From the NCBI GenBank assembly GCA_030141605.1, contig JAQGDQ010002077.1:1-15757 (forward strand): a stretch of DNA of 15,757 bases. The letters run 5' to 3'. The notes below the pieces were generated by a model. The model worked only from the letters and a program-made list of their open reading frames with translations. It was not told the origin of the DNA and searched no databases. Source of the DNA: Tubiluchus corallicola. Lineage: Eukaryota > Animalia > Priapulida. Positions 8,650 through 15,757 of the stretch are shown piece after piece. The position numbers and the translations under genes were made by a program. Every line of letters begins with the position of its first letter. Position 1 is the first letter of the stretch.

Positions 8650-9123
8650 CAGGGGTGTGCAAATTGCGGCCCGCCGAGAGAATTTGTGTGGCCCGCGAAA
8701 AGATGTGTCAACCTAATGAAAGTACGGCCGGGGCGATTAATTGAGTGTATCCAGCTGAAGTCCGTGCCAAAGATTGTGCGGGTAGTTTTTTCTACTAGAT
8801 CGGATGCCATTAACCCTTACAAGACGGTTGTAGCTTAATGTCAGTGTACTACACAGACTGTGTTATACACATTACTAATATGCATTGTAATGAAATTACC
8901 ACTATCTGTCCCGAAAGTAGAAATATGTGGTTTGTAATATAAATTCTAATAACTTCTAAAATAGTTTCTTGAGTGTAGTTGTAATGACGTACGCAGGTCG
9001 GATGCAAAAAAATCGTTATTAGGCCTTTCTGTACTTGGCTCCTTGACCAAACTGCCTGTGGCCCACAGGAATTGCGGGAAAGTTTAATGTGGCCCGGCTA
9101 GTCAGATAATTTGCTCACCCCTG
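8650..9123. mobile_element. Non-autonomous hAT (Charlie-like) DNA transposon / MITE, 474 bp
   Basis: TIRs caggggtgtgcaaatt ... aatttgctcacccctg with one mismatch. Perfect 8-bp TSD aggtatac at 8642-8649 and 9124-9131. Subterminal (c/t)ggccc motifs at both ends. Confidence 0.95.
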
Positions 9124-9344
9124 AGGTATACCTAAAGAAAAACTTTCGAATGTCAAGGCGCACCGGTAATGCTGGTAACCCATAGATAAGTTTAACGTTT
9201 GTACAAATTGAGATTCAGATAAGATGATAGTAAAGAGTAATCTCGCAAGTTTTAGTCGTAACGGGTAAATTTTTCTACTAAAGCAAACTGTTAGTTCCAG
9301 AAAATATAAACTGCATATCACGAGCTTGGATATTTTTTATGTAG

Positions 9345-9447
9345 ATTGGATTGGTTTAATTTAACAATGCCATCTGTAGGAAATGTCAGGTTTCTTAGTC
9401 TATGGCATGATAACAAAGGCCTTGGTCCAGCATGGCTACTAGAAAAG
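9345..9447 (+). CDS. Polycystin-1-like receptor, exon E (PLAT/LH2 domain, middle part)
   Basis: Acceptor ttatgtag|A, donor AAG|gtacat, phase 2 to 0. Encodes LDWFNLTMPSVGNVRFLSLWHDNKGLGPAWLLEK, the PLAT signature DxF...G.....WHDNxGxxPxWxL. Confidence 0.92.
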
Positions 9448-9952
9448 GTACATTGTAACTTTTAGTTTATTAGCAGCAAGTAATAGTTAATTTCTGTAGT
9501 TTATTTGATATGTCTTGACTGATGCAGCTGTTTACTTCCTGCTGAGTGTTTCTTTGTACATCTGCTATGCCACCTATGCTATACTATGCTTTCTTTGCTA
9601 TGCCACCTGTTTTTTTCTGTTAGCTTGTCAAATGTTTGTGTAATGTATGCGCTCAAACCAAAGTTGCGTTCCCATATCTATGTTAGTTTATTCTGGAAAA
9701 TACAAATTTTCTGTAGTCTAGAATTACTACCTCTACAAAACTACCAAAATAAGTGCTAGAAAATAAGTGCTACAGATTACTACGTTACACTAAAAAGCTA
9801 AAATGCATACATACATTGTTGGTCCAATATTGAGTCGAGAAAAAGCCAGAATGTCAGTAAAAGGTAGCAGTATAATTATAAGTCAAATTTTAAATGTAAC
9901 AGAGACGTGTGTACATAACAAGTTCCACCTATACAATGTCAGAGTAGAAAAA

Positions 9953-10990
9953 GTAGTCTAGCTTGTTGAACTACAGTCTAATATATTGTGGCTTCTAATG
10001 CATATACTACCTTGAGAAAGGGTAGTCTAGCTTGTTGAACTACAGTCTAATATATTGTGGCTTCTAATGCATATACTACCTTGGGAAGGGGTAGTCTAGC
10101 TTGTTGAACTACAGTCTAATATATTGTGGCTTCTAATGCATATACTACCTTGGGAAGGGGTAGTCTAGCTTGTTGAACTACAGTCTAATATATTGTGGCT
10201 TCTAATGCATATACTACCTTGGGAAGGGGTAGTCTAGCTTGTTGAACTGCAGTCTAATATATTGTGGCTTCTAATGCATATACTACCTTGAGAAGGGGTA
10301 GTCTAGCTTGTTGAACTACAGTCTAATATATTGTGGCTTCTAATGCATATACTACCTTGAGAAGGGGTAGTCTAGCTTGTTGAACTACAGTCTAATATAT
10401 TGTGGCTTCTAATGCATATACTACCTTGAGAAGGGGTAGTCTAGCTTGTTGAACTACAGTCTAATATATTGTGGCTTCTAATGCATATACTACCTTGAGA
10501 AGGGGTAGTCTAGCTTGTTGAACTACAGTCTAATATATTGTGGCTTCTAATGCATATACTACCTTGAGAAAGGGTAGTCTAGCTTGTTGAACTACAGTCT
10601 AATATATTGTGGCTTCTAATGCATATACTACCTTGGGAAGGGGTAGTCTAGCTTGTTGAACTACAGTCTAATATATTGTGGCTTCTAATGCATATACTAC
10701 CTTGGGAAGGGGTAGTCTAGCTTGTTGAACTACAGTCTAATATATTGTGGCTTCTAATGCATATACTACCTTGAGAAGGGGTAGTCTAGCTTGTTGAACT
10801 GCAGTCTAATATATTGTGGCTTCTAATGCATATACAACCTTGAGAAGGGGTAGTCTAGCTTTTTGAACTACAGTCTAATATATTGTGGCTTCTAATGCAT
10901 ATACTACCTTGAGAAGGGGTAGTCTAGCTTGTTGAACTACAGTCTAATATATTGTGGCTTCTAATGCATATACTACCTTGAGAAGGGGTA
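9953..10990. repeat. 69-bp intronic minisatellite, ~15 near-identical copies
   Basis: Unit gtagtctagcttgttgaactacagtctaatatattgtggcttctaatgcatatactaccttg(a/g)gaa(a/g)gg, with starts at 9953, 10022, 10091 and onward. Stops occur in the frames examined and there are no spacers. Confidence 0.98.
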
Positions 10991-11197
10991 ATGCACAGCA
11001 TAAATTTTTTACAATACCGCTGTAAAGAAATTTCAAGGGGCGATGATAACCGCCATTCACGCGAGAATTATGATCGTGCGTGACATGTGCTCAATACAAC
11101 TCCAACAGTCTTTTAGATGTAATTTATAATTTTTTATTGTCCAAAATGAGCAGTCATCGTCTCATCCCAAAATCACTATCACATCATGACATACTTG

Positions 11198-11219
11198 ACT
11201 GACTGACTGACTGACTGAC
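11198..11219. repeat. (GACT)n microsatellite
   Basis: gactgactgactgactgactgac. Confidence 0.9.
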
Positions 11220-11666
11220 ATATTATGTGCGACTCGACTTCGTTTTATCTGAAGCAAATAAAAACATTTTCTGCTAATCCAATGTCAAAAGGATAATTAA
11301 CAGCTATAATGAAAATGTATAATAATATTACGAAATATGAAGAAATCAAACTTAGATCTTTGCCGCATCTTACTAACTTGCTAAAGAGAACTCGACTGAC
11401 AAAGTGACACAACGTACTGAACAAGAATGACTTCTTTCCTATCCCATCTGCAAAATGAGGCCAATGGCCCATTTCCTGTCCTAGCTCACCTGTCTATCAA
11501 CAGCCTAAATTTGCAAAAAACAAACACAAGGAGGCACCACGTGGTTAAATCCAAAACAGTGGTGTAACAGATGGACTTTTTGTAATCACATCATGACTTC
11601 ACATAAGCGTGCTGTACTCAAGTCTTTGTCCTTTCAATTTGCAATCCTGATACCTGTTTTCTTCAG

Positions 11667-12114
11667 TGTTGATACATTTGTGAAAGTCATGTTTGAGGTT
11701 GTAGATGAATCACTTTGTATAAAAGAATAAACAACTATACTACATATTTGCACAAAACTGAAAAGTGTTTATTAGACCACATACACATATGTAGAATGAC
11801 TGCTGCACTGAACACTGAGAACAAGAGTGTCCTGCGCTGATCACTGAGAGTTAGACAGAATGAGGATCACGACTGCTGCCCTGCACTGAGAGTGTGAGTT
11901 AGACAGTGACTAGAAAGTAAATCCAGTCAGTATATATAGGTATAGGTGATTATGCAAACTTGGCTTCACAAAAACCATTACTGTAAAATAGGAAGAGAAT
12001 ATGCATTCACTGGACCGTACAATTATACTAGGGGTGAGTTTAGCTAGTAAAATGTAAAAGGATTAGTTCATAGATGGCAGCACCTAAAAATATACAGTTA
12101 CAATTTCCACAACA
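11667..12114 (-). mobile_element. Candidate solo LTR, 448 bp
   Basis: Termini TGTTG...CAACA. Flanks ttcag / ttctg form a 5-bp TSD with one mismatch. Minus-strand AATAAA at 11773-11768. Homologous to 1945-2488. It ends ~30 nt upstream of exon F. Confidence 0.68.
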
Positions 12115-12143
12115 TTCTGATACATTTTAATGCTTTTGTAAAG

Positions 12144-12264
12144 GTTCTTATATATTTCGAGCATTTGGAATTCACGTGTCCTTGCATGACATGGCTGGAA
12201 GGCAACTCATCAGTGAACAGACAGAAATTTCCGTGCTTTCTCTTTGCTAACTTCACACCACCAG
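12144..12264 (+). CDS. Polycystin-1-like receptor, exon F (PLAT/LH2 domain, C-terminal part and linker)
   Basis: Acceptor ttttgtaaag|GTT, donor CCAG|gtaaag, phase 0 to 1. Encodes VLIYFEHLEFTCPCMTWLEGNSSVNRQKFPCFLFANFTPP, continuing PLAT (V.I......PCxxWL). This is the only open frame. Confidence 0.85.
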
Positions 12265-13338
12265 GTAAAGTAGTTACATAGCATTATAAAGATTGTGTAC
12301 ATATAGAAATTTACTGTAGATTGGGTCTACTAAATAGTCCTTATTGTGACTGTAGTGTAGTACAGAGTCCTGAACTAATAATATAATTTAATATAATATA
12401 TCAAGGACCAAAAAACTGGAATGAGATTTGTCAATCCGCAAAAAATAGCAGATCTATTACTAGATTTAAAAAAATGCTAAAAAATCAAATTTTAAGTAAG
12501 TATCAGTGAGTTATCAAAACTTCTATCAGTATCCATCCTCACAGTAGTGGCAAAACAGTGGTGTTAGCTTAATCAAGTTATTTTATTTTTATAAATACTA
12601 TTAACAAATAATAGTCCTTCTATCTTTTATATCATCCCATATATGAGCTTCATTCATTACATCATTCCATTTTAAACACTAATGTTTTCTTATCACACGA
12701 TTCACCTTAAATTTTCATATTATTTCCATTTTTTCTATCACTGTGTGGGACAATCTAACAAGCCCTGCTTTTTGATTGCCCGCAACACATTTACCTTCGT
12801 ATATAGGTGAACAGTGTTTGAGGCTTTTCCTGTGCAGTATTTCTTATTTGTATTATATCCATTGTAGGCCCTTTCACTAGATATTGTACATGGAACTATT
12901 GTAAATGTGTAATGTGAAGTAAATGAGTTATGACTTATGAGCACTTGTTGTTTGGTTGCATTTTTGTTGACGATGAAAAAGGCTAAGGAATTTGAATTGA
13001 GATAATAAATTATGTTCAAGTGTGTTGCATGAAAGAGACAGAAAAGTTACTGAGTCAATAATTACTTTTATTTGTTTTAATCAAAGATGATAACTGTTAA
13101 GTTAAATTAAACCGTATTATAGTAAAATGAAGATTTGTCATAATTTTGTATAGTAAAATAAAGAAGTACTCCAAATTGAAGTCTCTATAAGTCTGCGATA
13201 AGTGACATAAAACAACGTATGTAGGTTCTGGAATGAAGTTTCATACCGTTTATTATTTTTCATTTCGCTGATAATTTAGACTCCACAGCGCTCTCTGTAT
13301 GTTATGATATTATAAAGTAGAATAATAACGGGTTTTTT

Positions 13339-13363
13339 ATCATCATCATCATCATCATCATCA
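13339..13363. repeat. (ATC)n microsatellite
   Basis: About 8 ATC units. Confidence 0.9.
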
Positions 13364-13728
13364 ATGTATTATGTACACCAGTACTACTTAGACATTTTTG
13401 GTATGTTCTAATCAACAGGTAGTATACAGCAACAATTGGCTAACAACTTGAATATCATGGTAATTAGTTTTATTATACACCTCTTCATACTCAAAGTATT
13501 TTTTTAGTCTTTTTAGCATTGTAATCTACATCGTATGCTTCATTTACCCTAAGTACAAATTGTTCAAGTTTTTCAACTTTCTTTGTTTTTGTCGGAATTT
13601 CTTTTAGTTGCATTTAAGTTCTTCTGTTAATTTCTTATCTGGTGTTATCAAAATATTTAGTGAACCCTTATAATAAAAAGTCTTTGTTACACTTGATTAT
13701 GAAGGATGAAAATTTTAAAATATTTCAG

Positions 13729-13832
13729 CTCCACCTCAGATATCACGAGTCAATTTTTCCATCCGTTTCTATTCCACTCAGTGTGTCTACTGGGATGAAC
13801 ATTTGGAGAAATGGTCTGATAAGGGATGTAAG
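13729..13832 (+). CDS. Polycystin-1-like receptor, exon G (first half of the GPS motif)
   Basis: Acceptor atttcag|CT, donor AAG|gtaaat, phase 1 to 0. Encodes (A)PPQISRVNFSIRFYSTQCVYWDEHLEKWSDKGCK, matching the GPS consensus CxYWxxxxxxWSxxGC preceded by the PKD1L-type VN[YF]S strand. Confidence 0.92.
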
Positions 13833-15257
13833 GTAAATTCCTAATTATCTTAATAATGATGAATGTCAGTGTGTATACTGGGATGAACATTTGGAGAAAT
13901 GGTCTGATAAGGGATGTAGGGTAAATTCCTAATGTCTTAATAATGATGAATGTCAGTGTGTATACTGGGATGAACATTTGGAGAAATGGTCTGATAAGGG
14001 ATGTAGGGTAAATTCCTAATGTCTTAATAATGATGGATGTCAGTGTGTATACTGGGATGAACATTTGGAGAAGTGGTCTGATAAGGGATGTAAGGTAAAT
14101 TCCTGATGTCTTAATAATGATGGATGTCAGTGTGTATACTGGGATGAACATTTGGAGAAGTGGTCTGATAAGGGATGTAAGGTAAATTCCTAATGTCTTA
14201 ATAATGATGGATGTCAGTGTGTATACTGGGATGAACATTTGGAGAAATGGTCTGATAAGGGATGTAAGGTAAATTCCTAATTATCTTAATAATGATGAAT
14301 GTCAGTGTGTATACTGGTATGAACATTTGGAGGAATGGTCTGATAAGGGATGTAAGGTAAATTCCTGATGTCTTAATAATAATGGATGTCAGTGTGTATA
14401 CTGGGATGAACATTTGGAGAAATGGTCTGATAAGGGATGTAGGGTAAATTCCTAAAGTCTTAATAATAATGGATGTCAGTGTGTATACTGGGATGAACAT
14501 TTGGAGATATGGTCTGATAAGGGATGTAAGGTAAATTCCTGATGTCTTAATAATAATGGATGTCAGTGTGTATACTGGGATGAACATTTGGAGATATGGT
14601 CTGATAAGGGATGTAAGGTAAATTCCTGATGTCTTAATAATAATGGATGTCAGTGTGTATACTGGGATGAACATTTGGAGATATGGTCTGATAAGGGATG
14701 TAAGGTAAATTCCTGATGTCTTAATAATGATGGATGTCAGTGTGTATACTGGGATGAACATTTGGAGAAGTGGTCTGATAAGGGATGTAAGGTAAATTCC
14801 TGATGTCTTAATAATGATGGATGTCAGTGTGTATACTGGGATGAACATTTGGAGAAATGGTCTGATAAGGGATGTAAGGTAAATTCATAATGTCTTAATA
14901 ATGATGGATGTCAGTGTGTATACTGGGATGAACATTTGGAGAGATGGTCTGATAGGGGATGTAAGGTAAATTCCTGATGTCTTAATAATGATGAATGTCA
15001 GTGTGTATACTGGGATGAACATTTGGAGAAATGGTCTGATAAGGGATGTAAGGTAAATTCATAATGTCTTAATAATGATGGATGTCAGTGTGTATACTGG
15101 GATGAACATTTGGAGAAATGGTCTGATAAGGGATGTAAGGTAAATTCATAATGTCTTAATAATGATGGATGTCAGTGTGTATACTGGGATGAACATTTGG
15201 AGAAATGGTCTGATAAGGGATGTAAGGTAAATTCATAATGTCTTAATAATGATGAAT
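13778..15257 (+). repeat. 87-bp tandem array (~17 copies) made of the GPS exon 3' end, its donor and intron start
   Basis: Unit tcagtgtgtatactgggatgaacatttggagaaatggtctgataagggatgtaag|gtaaattcctaatgtcttaataatgatggatg. The first copy lies inside exon G. Confidence 0.98.
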
Positions 15258-15757
15258 TTACCCTACATCCCTTATCAGACCATTTCTCCAAATGTTCATC
15301 CTAGTATACACACTGACATTCATCATTATTAAGACACTAGGAATTTACCTTACATCCCTTATCAGACCACTTCTCCAAATGTTCATCATAGTATACACAC
15401 TGACATCCATCATTATTAAGACATTATGAATTTACCCTACATCCCTTATCAGACCATTTCTCCAAATGTTCATCCCAGTACACACACTGACATCCATCAT
15501 TATTAAGACATCAGGAATTTACCTTACATCCCTTATCAGACCATATCTCCAAATGTTCATCCCAGTATACACACTGACATCCATTATTATTAAGACATCA
15601 GGAATTTACCTTACATCCCTTATCAGACCATATCTCCAAATGTTCATCCCAGTATACACACTGACATCCATTATTATTAAGACTTTAGGAATTTACCCTA
15701 CATCCCTTATCAGACCATTTCTCCAAATGTTCATCCCAGTATACACACTGACATCCA
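15252..15757 (-). repeat. Same 87-bp array in inverted orientation (~5.8 copies, runs off the window)
   Basis: gaatttacc(c/t)tacatcccttatcagacca...actgacatccatcattattaagac is the reverse complement of the unit. The junction shares atgaat (15252-15257). Confidence 0.97.

Noticed and set aside
9953-10990. Regular 69-bp and 87-bp arrays as CRISPR-like loci
   Set aside because: The units are head-to-tail with no unique spacers, there are no cas genes, and the context is eukaryotic and intronic.
1945-12114. The two related LTR copies as paired LTRs of one full-length element
   Set aside because: The interval holds host exons and no gag or pol, the copies are diverged, and the right copy has its own near-TSD.
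13642-14848. Track ORFs 13642-13836 (+), 13750-14238 (-) and 14198-14848 (-)
   Set aside because: These are wrong-frame or antisense readings of the GPS exon and its 87-bp array. The meaningful frame is the CVYWDE one.

Overview
AT-rich, repeat-dense animal genomic DNA with spliceosomal introns, microsatellites and transposons. (1) Minus strand, 1492 to <1: an intact, intronless ORF of at least 497 codons. It is missing from the ORF track because it runs off the window edge. It encodes a SAP domain, a Ser-rich linker, a coiled coil, a complete glycogenin (GT8) catalytic domain and an LNISARDFVP motif. It starts just downstream of a candidate ~289-bp LTR (1944-1656), which has apparently inserted into an older LTR whose intact relative lies at 11667-12114. 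The best reading is an LTR retrotransposon (BEL/Pao-like) whose gag ORF carries an in-frame captured glycogenin domain. This is inferred, because the gag capsid and pol would lie outside the window. (2) Plus strand: seven phase-compatible exons (2828-2972, 3293-3441, 5561-6452, 8360-8507, 9345-9447, 12144-12264, 13729-13832; 554 aa) of a polycystin-1-like GAIN/GPS receptor. A 30-Cys module and a full PLAT domain sit N-terminal of the GPS motif. Three of the seven exons have their 3' end plus splice donor amplified into tandem arrays, and the last array flips orientation at ~15255. Also present are a hAT MITE with a perfect 8-bp TSD, a 69-bp minisatellite and microsatellites.
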